A DNA stretch of 64,000 bases from Octopus bimaculoides (lineage: Eukaryota). Positions 13,634-27,291 of the stretch are shown here, one piece after another. Within the stretch, counting starts at the first letter, position 1. Each line of letters opens with the position of its first letter. A model generated the notes under the pieces. It worked only from the letters and a program-made list of their open reading frames with translations, did no database searches and was not told the origin of the DNA. The DNA lies in contig NC_068981.1 of assembly GCF_001194135.2 (NCBI RefSeq), positions 53,015,901 to 53,079,900 on the forward strand, read 5' to 3'. A program made the translations under genes and the position numbers.

Positions 13634-14613
13634 AGATCAAAGTGCAATAAATTCATGTACCATCCATTTGGAAGATTTATCTTCATTCACTTCATGCATT
13701 GAAACTGAAGCTAAATAATGGTTTTATGAGCTTAAATAGACTTTAAGCATTTACCTTTTTAACATAGCATTTTATTACATACTTCAATTGTCTTTATTTT
13801 TTTCATGAATGTTCTATTAATTTTCTTCCAATATTCCAATAATATCTCTAGAAAAGTTGTCATTAATTGAAGATTCCTTCAATTGTTCTTTTTAGTTGCT
13901 TCTTGCTATCTTATATGTTAAATATATATATATATATATATCAACCGAATTAAAAAGTTGTTTAATCTCATGGGGAATTTTCACACTATCAGCACATATA
14001 ATATAATTAACTAGCAAAAGTTTTGAAATAACGATTATTCTACATTTCTCTACATTTTTTTCTTCTTTCACTAAATTTCATGCATACAGCCATATATATT
14101 TTTGCTTTTAAACATTGATAAACATACTTATTAGAAGGCAATATCAAACATCCAGAGAGGCACAATAATAAACTTCACATTATCACTTTTAAATCAATAT
14201 CACAGTTACATAAAATTTTAGAATTCACTCATAGAAAAATGTTGAAAGGTGGCAATTTTAGTAACTGAATGGAAAATATATATTCTACTGTAAAATTTGT
14301 CACACTTAAAAAAATTCTATGAGTAACTTCAATGAGTAGTTTGTGTTTTAAAATAAAATGTTCCTATTGTCATCACCACACATTATTTTTCTTTGAAAGC
14401 TTTTAAGTTTATTATCGTTATTGACTGGAAAGGAAAACAAAATACCTAACTAAAACAAGAATTTAATTGGTGAAACATAACATTGTTATTTATTTAAATG
14501 CTTTCAACATCATTTTCTTTGCTTTTTTTTTTTTTTTTTTTGTATCATTATACTTTCACATTGATATCATTAATATAATCATACTGATCAAGATTGTATC
14601 TTTTTTTTTTCAG

Positions 14614-14769
14614 CAATGGATGTGCAACATCAGAAGACATGTTATGGAAGTTAGATGCCCTTCAATCATTTATTCGAGATTTAAGGTGGCCAGAGGAAGT
14701 TTTTGCGGAGCATCTAGACAATAGACTTAAAATTATGGCTGCCGATATGATTGAAGCTGCGGCCAAACG
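14614..14769 (+). CDS. CADPS: CAPS/CADPS coding exon (first in window; MHD1 region)
   Basis: Poly-T cag acceptor and gtaatt donor. 156 nt, phase 2 in and out. Translates [52 protein letters not shown], matching vertebrate CAPS1 [52 protein letters not shown] as I recall it. Confidence 0.97.
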
Positions 14770-15228
14770 GTAATTATTGTACATTTAACAAGTAATTGAT
14801 ATGTTGTATTAATACCGTTTAACCTTACGAATAGAGGATGCATTTTCATACTTTGGTATATAGGAGGATTTATATAAAAATGAACAAAAATATAAGTACA
14901 GTACTAGACCTCTGACAAGCTTGGTACCAGACATACTCTGCTGAATTTCTGGATGTTCTAGTTTTCTAGAGACAACTTAAATATATACTTAAAGTATAAA
15001 ATGAAGTATGAAAAGTAAAGAACTAAATTGTATTTATGTATTCAAATTAATACACCTTTAAAGCAGGGTCTGTTTGATATTTATTAATCCAAAACTCAGA
15101 AAATAATAATCAATTGTGTAAAGTATTAATGTTTTTAATTACTCAATTTCTAATTAATATTTATATAATTTGTAATTTTATGTAATAAATTTTATATTAA
15201 ATCATTGAATAATTTGATTGCTTTTTAG

Positions 15229-15340
15229 CACTTTAAAAGCATTTGAGACCTGGTTAAAGAAGAGTGGCAAAGGAACTGATTACATAGTTCACTCTGAGGT
15301 CTGTGTCATGATTAACGTAATCACTGATTGCAAAAACAAG
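15229..15340 (+). CDS. CADPS: CADPS coding exon
   Basis: ctttttag acceptor, gtatgt donor. 112 nt, phase 2 to 0. TLKAFETWLKKSGKGTDYIVHSEVCVMINVITDCKNK resembles CAPS1 [37 protein letters not shown]. Confidence 0.95.
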
Positions 15341-16879
15341 GTATGTGTTAAGCCAGTAATGGCTTTCTAATGCTTTATTTTTTATCTTAGCTTGGTGGTT
15401 AGGTTCTAAGTATTTGAATCATTAGCTAAATTTTAAATTTTGTTATTGAAAATTCAGTGTAATTATATACAAAATACATTCTTTTTCTTACCTGAATCAA
15501 ATTTGTAGAACTGTTAGTTTTTGAATGGCTAGCTAACTGCAGAATATTTGCTAGGCAACTATGTGAATTGCTGAAACATCAAATCCATTTTTGCACAAAG
15601 AAAAAGTTTTAAAATATTTCAAAAAAGAGAATATCCTCTTTTTAAAATGATATATATATATATGTGAAGGTTAAGTTTGGGTTTAATTAAATAAAGTGTC
15701 TGGGGTCTTATTGAAAAACTGTCTACAAAATTACTTTTGGTTTAAGTCAACAGTTTGTAGCTTATAGAATACTGAAAGTTGTAAATTCAGAAAAATTAGA
15801 ATATGAAATGAAGTGATCTTCTAATAAAACAGATTTGAAGCCAAAAATATAAAAGGAAACAAGACAGGCTAGATGTATTAGTAATAGAAACAATGATTTC
15901 ATGTAAAAGAAAGCATGTAAGAGAAAGCAGACCTAAATCTATAAAGACATGAGAGAAACTGAATACAACTGAGTAAAGAAAATATATAAAAAGCAAATTT
16001 CTGAGCAAAAATGTAAAATGTTTTTATGGTTATGGTTATGGTAATAATGCTTTTTGTATGAACACATTATCTATGTTTCTTGTTATTACCCGCTAAAGCC
16101 TATATTTGTCTACATATGTGATATAATAATTTTTCCAATAATATTTTTGAATACTATAGAATTTGGAAGAATTTAGTAAAATAACTTTTTTCCATTATAA
16201 ACCCAGTGTTTGGAAGTAACTTATGAAAAAGGATTTTGCTTAAAATAATAATGGAAGGTCTTAATTTAAATTGAACACTTTAAAACAGATAGTTTTGTAC
16301 CATATAACCAGAGGTGAGTTAATATTACAACAAATGGTCATGTTGCTACTTCTATACTAACCATTACTACTATGAACCAGTGCATTTGTCCTAACTTCTA
16401 GAGTTTTTTTGTTTGTTGTTTCATATGTCAAGAAATTAACTATTTTTTACTTCGTGTAATATGCTGTGTGGAAAATATGTCAAATTTATATTCTTTTTAC
16501 TAATAGCAATATATTCATTAGTAACTTTATACTAGCTCAGTAATTGTTTTCCCCAGTTACTTTATCACATGAGAGTTTTTTTTTAATGGTGAAATAATCT
16601 GTTTTATAATTGTACCAATTATCACTCCTCAAATGCACTAGATTACTAATTTCATTAATGAGTAGCTCTTTTGGAAATATCATTTCATTGGTTTCACAAT
16701 AACATTTTGGATTATTCTTTTTGAATGAAGTATGACTTTTATTAAAATTCTGACTAGGCAATTTAAATACTCAATAAACTCATGGGTTTCACTCAAGCTT
16801 TATAGAATCCATAATCTGAGTTGAAGAACTACTTTTATTTATTTACTTATCTATTTTTTAAATTTCTTTTACTGGTTTT

Positions 16880-18480
16880 TGGTTGGGAGTTAGGGATTAT
16901 GCTATGTTCTTCCCAAACCCTCCTCTGATACTAATCAAACTATTGTAGTTAATGTTTAGCTTGTGGTGAAAATATGGGTAGAAAGGGAATTCCATGAGAA
17001 TTCATGACGTGGTGAGGGCTGATTAAAGAAAGGAGCTATTGCAATGCTTGAGGATGGGAAAACAAGAATGGGTGACAAGAGGAGGAGAGCTGGGTGGGCT
17101 TGGGTGAAGGTGGTATGGAAGTAGCTCTGGGGACTAGAGACCATGATAGTAGCTGTAGAAGAGCTTGAGTCAGTAGACAAGGCATGTGTGTTGATGAGTG
17201 ACAATCAGCTTAGTTTTGAATTTCATCTAGGTTGTTTTTTTATATGTAACAACAGATATGGGAGCAATATTCAATTATAGGTCTCATTTGAGCTTGTTAG
17301 GGAGTCAGCAGTTGTTTAGGACTCTTGGTATTGTCTAACTCATTTTACTATGTTGCAGATGACATTGTCAGGAAAGGTCATCAGTGATTGTGAATACTAG
17401 CATTTGTAATGTTTTGAAGGTTTTTATTGTGTATTGTTCAAGACTAGAAAGAATGGAGTGGAGGTGTGTTTCTTTGGTATGTGCATTGATTATATTTTTG
17501 TGTTGAGAGATTTAAAATTTTCGTTTCTCTTTGTGAAATGTTTTCAGTATCTCTGTTCTTGAAGTCAGTGCAGCAGGTTTGATGTGAGGTATCCAGAATA
17601 CATATGAATGATACCTGAGTGTGGAAGGTTAAAGAGGAAGGAAGAGTAGTATTATCAGCATAGGAATAAGTTTTGTTAAAGAAGAGAGCAAATAAGTTGT
17701 TACTGTAGAGAAGGAAGTGTGAAAAACTTAATCCTCCTTGGAACACATGAGAAATGATGGGGAGAACCTTGCCAACACACTTGGGAATGATATGATTTTG
17801 CAGGAAGTTTCCACCATTTAAGAGATTTAAGTTGGATGACATTCATAGGCAAGCAGTTTAGTAAAAAGAGGTATTTTATGCAGGACACAATCTTGCTGAT
17901 ATTTAGTGCAACAAAATTGTTTTTGCTGAATTTCTCAAGGGCAAGGAACTACTCCTAAGATGTTGGAAGTGACAGTAATAGTATGATAGTTGGTGCAATC
18001 AGAGAGGTTTCTCTTTTTGGGGACGAGATACACTGTAGCATTATCCCAAGAAAGATTTCTGTAGATGATATAAAGAGGTTGGTGAAAACAGGAGCTAGCT
18101 CTAGAGTATACTATTTGAGGGTGAAGAAAATTGAATATATGCAGAGCTGATATCTTTGTTGGTTTAGAGTGGCTGGAAGTGTTTTCAGATGTGGCATGTG
18201 TGTTTATATGGTAGTGAGGTTGGTGGAATGAATACTGAAAGTTTGAGTGTAGTTTTATCTAGTGTGTGAAACATGAAAATGGATGAAAATCAAGCAGCAA
18301 ACATGAAAGCTTTCTTAGCTTTTGTGTTTGCTGCTTCAGTTGTGCCATAGTGGGTTATAGGATTCTGCAAAATTAGTGGAGATCCCTTTAGCAAAAAACT
18401 AGAAGGATTTATCATAATTTGGAGTAGTGAGAGAGCTTTCAGAATGTGCCATATGCAACAGTATCTTTTGCTTTTCGAAT
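16880..18480 (-). mobile_element. Decayed CR1/Jockey-group LINE reverse transcriptase and 3' end
   Basis: ORF-track pieces VFQG..FSHFLLYSNNL...TYSYADNTTL (YADD-like RT motif) and FSWNSL near the C-terminus. Many frameshifts. Confidence 0.75.
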
Positions 18481-19261
18481 GGTTGCTTTGCATCAATTTT
18501 ACCTGTGAATAAACACCAACAATTGGTCAGTGATAACACAGTTGTTGTAGAGAGTAAAGACAACATTTAGCATGAGTGTTTGCAACTTAGTTAATTCTTC
18601 TAAAGGTAACCATTAACCAGGGGTGGATACTGAAATGAGTGGCTTGTTGGGCATACTGTTATCATTTTTTTTATCATCTCTAGGATGTAACAAAGCTGGG
18701 TTTTATGTGGTTATATTCAATTTTTATGTTTTTGTAATCAGTTTACACAATAAAATGCTGTGTTAAATCCTTTAATTGTTCAATATATCTCTTATTTTGT
18801 GACCCCTTTGTTTTTAGATGCATTACTCATTGTAAGGGTACCATACTAGCCAATCCATTCAAATGGACTTATTATTTTAAAGTCTTTCCTGTCTGTTTCT
18901 CATTCTTTCTGAGTTTATGCCTTGTTTTTGTTATATTTTTCATTGGTTTTGTCTTTTACTTCCACTTAGAGTTCAATTAAAAATTTGATGATGTATGCAC
19001 GTGATATTATTTTCCAGCATGGGTGTGGCATGATCAAATTTTTCATTGACTGTAATTTCTATACAAACATTATGTATATATAAAATAATATTAAATATTG
19101 CTAGATTTTTATCAACTCTATAATTCATTTCCATATAAGAGTCTTGGCTCCAAAGAGAGCCTTAACACCTACATTTTGTTGTGCTGGTGAGATGTATTAA
19201 GTACTTCGTTTAGTTTAAAGTTACTTTTTCTGTATTTTTCTTTCTGTGGTTATCTGGCTCC

Positions 19262-19293
<32 letters not shown>

Positions 19294-19449
19294 AATAAAT
19301 AATAATAATGAAATTATTGTTTATAGTGCTCAGGTGCACTACAACTCAACAGAGGTGCATGCACAGTACATAGAATTATGTACAAAAGTCAGGAAAGTCA
19401 TGATGTATATGTTTGCATGTGTATGGAGGGGGAAATATCAGGTGTAGTG

Positions 19450-20260
19450 TTGGCGAATTTCAAGATGCATGGAGGTTTTAAAGGATGCAATGTCTCAGCA
19501 ACTAACAACTAATGCAGGTAGTTTGTTCCATGCTTCAGCAACTCTGAGTGTGAAAAAATTTTTCCAAAAGTCATGGGAGCTGTGCTGTTTCCTGACTTTG
19601 TAGGCATGCCCACCTGTGTTAGACACATGAAGCTCAAAAAGATGCTCAGAGTGGTTATTGGCGCGATGGTTAATAATTTTGTGGGTATTTACTAAGTCAG
19701 TTGCCAGATGTTGGAGCTTCAAGTATCTATGCCCAGAGAAGCAAGGTGTTCAGAGTATGGTAGACGCCTAAAAGTATTTGTATTGTCAAACATCAAACTT
19801 TTCACTGCACTATTAAACTACCAAAGGATTATAACAGATCTTGAATTTTATCTGTTTTGCAGTAATTTTTTAAATCCTAGAAAACTTGCTTGGTTTGATA
19901 TGCTATCAACCAATTACTACATCTTTATCCCCATTTAATGTTATTGGAAAAAACTCAACACCTTGAATGTTGTTTTCCTATTACGTAATATTCATTTAAC
20001 TTAATTTTTGCCATTTATTGTGGCCTTTTCTAATAGTTGTTGCAAAGAGGGTTGGTCATCACTACCTAACAATAATGGTGGTTGCTAACCTATCAGTACT
20101 CCTTGTATTAGGATGATTTGGCAAGTTTACTTTGTCTCTAACATTCTGTCTGTATTTCAAAATACTTCATAGTTGGAAGTCTATCTATGAAGGCTATTAA
20201 ATAAGTCTACCCATGCGAATGTATTAAGCCAAAATGAGCATGACTCACTTAGAGTGAACA
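19450..20260 (-). mobile_element. CR1-type LINE 3' fragment
   Basis: ORF 19495-19722: LFELHVSNTGGHAYKVRK...KNFFTLRVAEAWNKLPALVV, the typical CR1 ORF2 C-terminus (TRGH..KL....FFS.RVV..WN.LP..VV). Confidence 0.85.
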
Positions 20261-20611
20261 AGAACATGATCTCTGAAAGAAGCGGTTATAAAATTCAGAT
20301 GCTAGAAAGCATTGGTTAATTAAGTTCAAACTTTTTTACAACCTTCATTTTGTTCCTGGGAAAGACTTATATTTTTTGCTTTAACTGGAAACAGGTGCAA
20401 TTCCTGCTTTGTATTTAACTATTTGATATGTAAGACTAATTCTTCCAGATTCAGATATGAGAATGAAACCTATCTCATGCTTGCTGCCATGAAAAAATAA
20501 GTATAAAAAAATTCATAAGGCACTATTTCCTTTGGTAGGTATGACATGGAACATAGATTCCAAAACATGAAACCTTCGTTTTTGCTATATGATATTTCCA
20601 CTATTTTGTAG

Positions 20612-20650
20612 GCATTGCACCTGTGTGCCTTGGACAGCGGGGAAAATATT
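20612..20650 (+). CDS. CADPS: CADPS short (39-nt) coding exon
   Basis: ttttgtag acceptor, gtaagt donor, phase 0 to 0. ALHLCALDSGENI resembles CAPS1 STKLCSMEMGQE and fills the expected position in the chain. Confidence 0.9.
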
Positions 20651-20664
20651 GTAAGTATTTTAAA

Positions 20665-20818
20665 NNNNNNNNNNNNNNNNNNNNNNNNNNNNNNNNNNNN
20701 NNNNNNNNNNNNNNNNNNNNNNNNNNNNNNNNNNNNNNNNNNNNNNNNNNNNNNNNNNNNNNNNNNNNNNNNNNNNNNNNNNNNNNNNNNNNNNNNNNNN
20801 NNNNNNNNNNNNNNNNNN
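20665..20818. other. Assembly gap (154 N), starting 15 nt after the 39-nt CADPS exon
   Basis: Run of N. Confidence 1.
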
Positions 20819-22465
20819 GTTCTTAATAACCAATTGTTGATAATATCAACACAATCATTTTCATTGTATTATTTTATTAAATAAGCTTAAAATTTGCAAT
20901 TTATTTCAAGGAAAAAAAATTAAAAGCTGTTCAATAAGTTATCCTCAAAATTCAGTTAACATATTCATTTCTGACTTCAGCAAATAGCTTAAAATTTGAA
21001 CCAACCTAGTACATTACTGGTATATATTTTATTGACCTTAGAGAGATGAAAATCAAAATCAACTTCAGTAAAATTCAAACTTAGTGGAATGACAGTTGGT
21101 AAATTGAGAAAATGTTTATTTGTATCTGTGTCAAAGTTATCATTACATACTTTTAAACCCTTATGACAAAAAAATCTAGATGACTAAACCATATAATTTC
21201 TCTTATATTTCTGCCTAAGTTCTCTTTATGCCACATCTCATCTGATTGGGTTAAATAGTTACCCATTTTGTTATTCTGGCAACATTCTTAATTGTCTCAA
21301 ATGATAGCACAATAAAAATAGTTATATAGGATGTTAGTTAGCATACTACCTTCAAAATAATTCCCTTTTCACAGAAATTGATTTTCATAAAGCTCACTGG
21401 AAATTAGTAAAGATTAATCTAAGACAAACCTACCTCTGTGCACTGAAAGAATAAGAGCAGCTTCACATATCTCTCTATAGCTCTAATTTTTTTCTGATTA
21501 TTAGAAATAAAATGCAAATAAGGAATACTGAATGCTCTATTTCAGTGTGGTTGACAACATTAACTCCCAACCTTTATACTCAGCACTGAAATGCAGCATA
21601 AAAGCCCAAACCCCCACCCCAAAAAGACTCATCTGTAATATCTTCTACTTATTGAAAACATACAGTACTTTGAATTATTTACCACTTTAAGAATATAGTT
21701 TCAAAATTAAAATTTTGTTTCAATATAATCACATCTAAACTGTACATAGAAGCAAAATATCTCTAGAATGACTGTTGCTTACCTTTTAAAATAACTCTTA
21801 TTAAACATTTTTCAAATTTTTGTTTAAAGTAACTTGAATAGATGGAAATCCTTAGCTTTTGTAAAAAGCTTCCCTTATGCTTATTCAGAAAGGTGTTAGC
21901 ATTTGGTCATCTTCATAAAGCTTGATTTCCTTCAAAATCATTAATTACATTGAGAAACAATGAACAAATTGTTAAATAAAATGAATTTTTCACAGTATGA
22001 AACTGTGTACTCCAACTGCAACAGGCCATTAAGTGACTTTTTAAATTTTTTTTTTCTTGAAAAGCTCAAGTGTGAACTGTTTTATATTTTGACTTGTCAA
22101 AGTATTGTTTAGCCTCAGGTTGGCTCTGAGTTAGCAGATCTATGACCAAAAGTAATCCAGCTGTGACAGCCTGTCTATTTTTTCAAACATAGTGTGTCTA
22201 TGACTACAATATTCTATGTCCTTCCATTTTTCTAAAGATGGCAAAGTATAATATGAGAGAAATTTGACTCTTATTTCTAGCAGGTCTAAGTTGGTTCATT
22301 GTCAACATTTTTATCAAAAGTCATAAGCATATACTTTATTGCAACTCGAGAGATCTAATTATTACATGAAATACATAAAGTACATATTTCATATTACCCA
22401 AGAAATATATATAACTAATCTTGCCCTTTCTTTCTTTCTCTGCCTCCCTCTCATTAACCCTCCCC

Positions 22466-22468
<3 letters not shown>

Positions 22469-22535
<67 letters not shown>
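22469..22535. repeat. (CT)n(CA)n compound microsatellite
   Basis: Seen directly. Confidence 0.97.
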
Positions 22536-22537
<2 letters not shown>

Positions 22538-23001
22538 ATTGGAATATTTTTCCATATTCCAATGAGATCTGGTATAATATATGATTGAACATAGCGGAAC
22601 TCTTTTTTCCTTTCAGTATAAGAGTTTATTCAAGGACATGAATTATTTAGTCCAAAGAATCAATAAAAATTCACGAAGGAGAAAAATTAGTCTCCATTTA
22701 TTCACTTGTCTATCAATGATATCCAACATAGAAAACTAAGCAAACACAAATGCAGAGAACCATATTTTCAATTAAACAAGAATCATTAAAAAAAAAAGTA
22801 TAATGAGGAAAAAGAAAACAAAATTTTCTCTCTCAAAGATAAAAGGACACCTTCAAAATGTCCAGTTCTTCTTCCCACAACAGAACTTGTATATGTAATA
22901 TCAATGTAATAATTTGACCCAAAATATTTAAAAAGAACATTTTTTAATTCATGTATTACATTCAGCAAATTATTGTCTCTGAAACTAACATTTTTTTATA
23001 G

Positions 23002-23076
23002 CACCAATACCATACAAAAATTGATGAATTCCTTGAAAAAGTACAGGTGCAAATGGGGAAATGCTTAGTTGAAAAA
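23002..23076 (+). CDS. CADPS: CADPS coding exon
   Basis: tttttttatag acceptor, gtaagt donor. 75 nt. HQYHTKIDEFLEKVQVQMGKCLVEK resembles CAPS1 [25 protein letters not shown]. Confidence 0.96.
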
Positions 23077-23123
23077 GTAAGTACTTTAAATATTCCTGTT
23101 CATGAAGTAACTAGTTTACAATT

Positions 23124-23165
23124 TTTCCCTTCTATCTCTCTCTCTCTCTCTCTGTCTCTCTCTCG

Positions 23166-23258
<93 letters not shown>
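23124..23258. repeat. Long interrupted (CT)n microsatellite 48 bp downstream of a CADPS donor
   Basis: Seen directly. Confidence 0.97.
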
Positions 23259-23263
<5 letters not shown>

Positions 23264-24651
23264 TGTGTATGTGTATAACATCAGCAGCAGTACTTTATTT
23301 CCACATTCTGTTCTACCATGGGTTGGAGAACCATGACTTACTCATACATTCCATTTATACATGGTTTTCCAACTGGGAGCCATTCTTAACATCAACTATT
23401 TTACAGAGTATATTGAGTACATTCATTTGTGACACCAAATTTTGTTGCAAGGGGCATTTTGCCAATAAAAACTCAGATACTGATTATATTTTGCTTTTTT
23501 ATTATTATCAGTCCATTAGTCAACTAATTAACTAATCAATTATTTAATTACTCAATTGATCAATCAAGCATTTGGTTCATCAATGTCATTTTGTTGCTGT
23601 TTGCTGTTTTATTCCTGTTACAAAGTGATTTCTCTCTGTTTTAATTCAGCATTTATAGTTTATATCTTTGAATAGGCTGTGTCATTTTAATTGGGGTAGT
23701 TTTCTTGGGTATTTTTGTATTGCATGGTCAATATCTACATACCTAGTTTGTGTGTGTGTAGTATGTATGTTGTTTAATTATGCCTGTCAGTGCTTGATGC
23801 CTTGTGATTTCGCAGTTTTAAACTTCTTGCATATTCTTCTACTGTTTGGTCTAAAACACCTCATCAAGTAGACAATTCACAATGATGTCACAAAAAAGCC
23901 AGGAATGGAAAAAAATAAGTCTTTAAACCCTATTAGAGTTATATGCCTATGTTATAAGAGATGAAAGTACTTCAAGAAAAGCTAAAGCTTAAGCATAAAC
24001 CCAACCTTAACCCTTACTAATAGGGTGGAACCAAACAGGTAGTTAAAATATGTTTCCATTCATGAGGATAAGGGAGAAAATTTTGCTATTAGTATCCAGT
24101 AAGGACCCTGAGAAGAGTAAATTCTTAAGAACAATCCTTTTCTCTGCTTAAAATGTTTTCACCTCTTGCTACTGTTGTAATATGGCCTGCACTCTTCCAT
24201 AATCTCCAGTTGACATTATATTGCACAGCATTATCATGCATTTGTATGTTGTGATATAATAGATTTTTACTCAGTTATTTCTCCATGGAAGACTGGAAAT
24301 GAACAACATTGCTTGTGTAATGATGATGATGACACTCATTAACAGTCATTTGATGGTAAGACAAGGCTGTGTCCAAACAAACAAACACACATACAAATAT
24401 AAATATACACAGAACCAAACTTTATTTCTAGTGCATTCAGTGCTCACAAAACAAGTATGTACATCATGCTGAAGTGAAAATACATTTTCCTATAACAAAA
24501 TCCATCTTGAATAGTCTAAGAAAACTTCCAGCATTTGACAGGAATAAACAGGGCTTGAATGTTAACCCAGTACACATATACACACATACATGTATATATG
24601 GATATACACACACACACCCATAAAACCATTATATATATATATACTCATTAG

Positions 24652-25070
24652 AGAGTTTGACTGAGATCTGGGAAGCCTGGAGACTGCACCAGGCTCCAGT
24701 CTGATCTGGCAGTGTTTCTACAGCTGGGTGCCCTTCCTAATGCCAACCACTCCGACAGTGTAGTGAGTGCTTTTTACATGTTGTGGTGGGTGGGTCTTCT
24801 TGAGTACAGCAATATGTTACATATTTATACACACACACACATGCATACTCATATCATCATTATTATTTAACATCCATTTTCCATGGGGATATGTTGGACA
24901 CTTTGATAGAATCCACCAAGCCACAGGGCTGCATCAGGCTCCAATATCAGCTTTGGCATGGTTTCTACAACTGGATGCTATTCCTGACACCAACCACTTT
25001 ATTAGTGTGTGCTGGATGCTTTTTGTGCCACCAACACTAGTAAGGTCACCAAGCAGTTTGCAAGACAGGA
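24652..25070 (-). mobile_element. Two adjacent copies of the (GAT)n-tailed RTE-3'-end repeat family
   Basis: Both contain gtttctaca.ctgg.tgc..ttcct.a..ccaaccact. Homologous to 59825-60163 in reverse orientation. Confidence 0.75.
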
Positions 25071-25331
25071 AAAGAACAAAAAGTTGAGGGTAGGGGTGGG
25101 GGGCAGACAGACAAACAGACAGGAAAGCAAGTAAGAAAAAGTTATTTTAATATTATTATTGATAATAAGACAAATCAAGTATTATTTAATGCTTTCTTTT
25201 CTCTCATTTAAACCTCCTAACCTTTACTATTATTTCTCAACTTTTAATTCTATTTGTCATTTTTCTAAACAAAATGTGTATCCAAATTTGTCAAAAGTAT
25301 ATTTCTTATTCATTTGAATATTATTTTACAG

Positions 25332-25415
25332 TTATTATCTGTTTTGGAATCAGTTCTCAGTAAACTTGCTCGTTATGATGAAGGAACATTCTTTTCGTCT
25401 ATTCTATCACTTACG
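25332..25415 (+). CDS. CADPS: CADPS coding exon
   Basis: ttttacag acceptor, gtaagt donor. 84 nt. LLSVLESVLSKLARYDEGTFFSSILSLT resembles CAPS1 [28 protein letters not shown]. Confidence 0.97.
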
Positions 25416-25876
25416 GTAAGTTATTAGTATTTAAAATTATATTATCAGATTTATGCAATATTGTAAAATAAGCTTCAGTTGAATTTTTATTAGTTTTTAT
25501 TTTTAAGGTGAAGGATACATCCCCTTTGCAAGTGTTTGAAATTGTTAATTATATTTTTTAAAAAAAAAAGGAAGATATCAAAAGCCTTTGCTTTTTAATT
25601 AACTCCCTTTACTAAATGTTTAGTTGTTTCCCTTCCCTACTGAAATTAGAATTAAAGAATCATTATTTTGATGTTTGTTGCTATAAAGTAAAAAAATTTG
25701 CTCTTGACTGGATCTGTTATTTCTTCTGCTGAAAAATTTGGTAGCTTATAAAAAAACCAAGCATAAGATTTTCCTTTTATTTAAATGGATTAAATGTTAG
25801 CAATAAAAAATATATGTAAGAAAATATCTCTTTTAAAGTTAATGTTTATATTGCTATATCTCTAATTTTTTTTTAG

Positions 25877-25984
25877 AAACCTGTGAATGAACTTGGAAAA
25901 GCTTATGTTGATTTTATGCGAGGAAATTTAGAGCAATTAAGACAAAGACTCGCTGATGAATTATTGACACTTAATATATTTGAG
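25877..25984 (+). CDS. CADPS: CADPS coding exon
   Basis: Poly-T tag acceptor, gtaagt donor. 108 nt. KPVNELGKAYVDFMRGNLEQLRQRLADELLTLNIFE resembles CAPS1 [36 protein letters not shown]. Confidence 0.95.
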
Positions 25985-26134
25985 GTAAGTGAACTGAGTC
26001 CTTACTTTTTCTTCATAGTAAATTATATGAGAACCAGAGCTTACCTTTGAAATAAGGATGTTTCCAGTTGAAGCTGGCTCTCCTATACCCATCAATATAT
26101 AGATAAATAGTAATTTTTATTTTATGGATAGATA

Positions 26135-26362
26135 TTACTGTGCTGGTACCACATTGTGTGAGTTCCACATTGTACTGGTGCCATGTAAAAAGCACCCATT
26201 ACACTCTGTAAAGTGGTTGGCATTAGTAAGAGCATCCAGCCAGAGAAACCTTGCCAAAACAGGCACATGGAGTTTGGTGTAGCTCTCCAGCTTGCCAAAC
26301 TGTCCAGCCCATGCCAGCATAGAAAACAGTCATTAAATGGTGGTGGTGATGATGATGATGGT
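26135..26362 (+). mobile_element. (GAT)n-tailed RTE-3'-end repeat copy
   Basis: aaaagcacccattacactc...ggttggcattagtaagagcatccagc...cccatgccagcat...gatgatgat tail. Confidence 0.8.
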
Positions 26363-26984
26363 GTTGAAGAGAAGTCAAGAAATCACTCCAGACAGAGGTG
26401 CAAAATTTTGAAAATAGTTTAAGAATAAAATGACATGGAATATATTTGGATTTTAACAGAATGATATTCCAAATTCAATGAAAATGTTTATTTCTGAAAT
26501 AAACCTTTCAAAAAGGTTATATACAAAAACATTCCACACACTACAAAGAGTATAGTTTAATTTTAGTATTCTTTTTCAATAAATTTACCTTACGTGCCTT
26601 ATATCAAATTTCTCTATGGTTTATACCCGCTTAAAACTATTTAATACGTCCTCCTCTTCATTAAAGTATGTGTGTATCTGTGTATGTTATAGTTTGAAAA
26701 TTGCTTCATGAATTATTTTAGTGTAGGAACCCATTTACTTACAAGCATTCTACCTAAACACTGACATCTACATTTTCTAATTATGTATCAATCATACTAT
26801 TCTAGGAGAGTATTGAGTAATACTGCTCTTCTAAAAATAATATTGGAAAGGTAAATTCTTCAAGAAGTACTAAATGCAAAAGAAGGTAACTTGAACATTA
26901 ACAGTTTTTTTTTGACATCATGTCATGCTTGAGAAGAAGACTCATCAAGCCAAGCAAAATCGCAGTCATGGCAGATACCAGTGT

Positions 26985-27188
26985 CACACAAATGGCACCC
27001 ATGCCGCTAGCATGTAAAAGCACCCATTACACTCTTGGAGTGGTTGGTGTTTGGAAGAGCATCCAGCCATAGAAAACCATGCTAAATCAGACTGGAGTCT
27101 GATGCAGCCTTTCAGCTTTCTAGCCCATGTCAAACCGTCCAACCCATGCCAGCATGGACTACATTAAATGATGATGATGATGATGATC
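26985..27188 (+). mobile_element. (GAT)n-tailed RTE-3'-end repeat copy
   Basis: Same motifs as 26135-26362, ending in (gat)n. Confidence 0.8.
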
Positions 27189-27291
27189 ACAATAAATTTC
27201 TTCTTTCAAGATTGTTGGATAGGCAGTGAAACCATTCAGCTAATATTTGGTTTTGTATCTGAGCCTTCACATATTAATTGAATAGCTTTAA

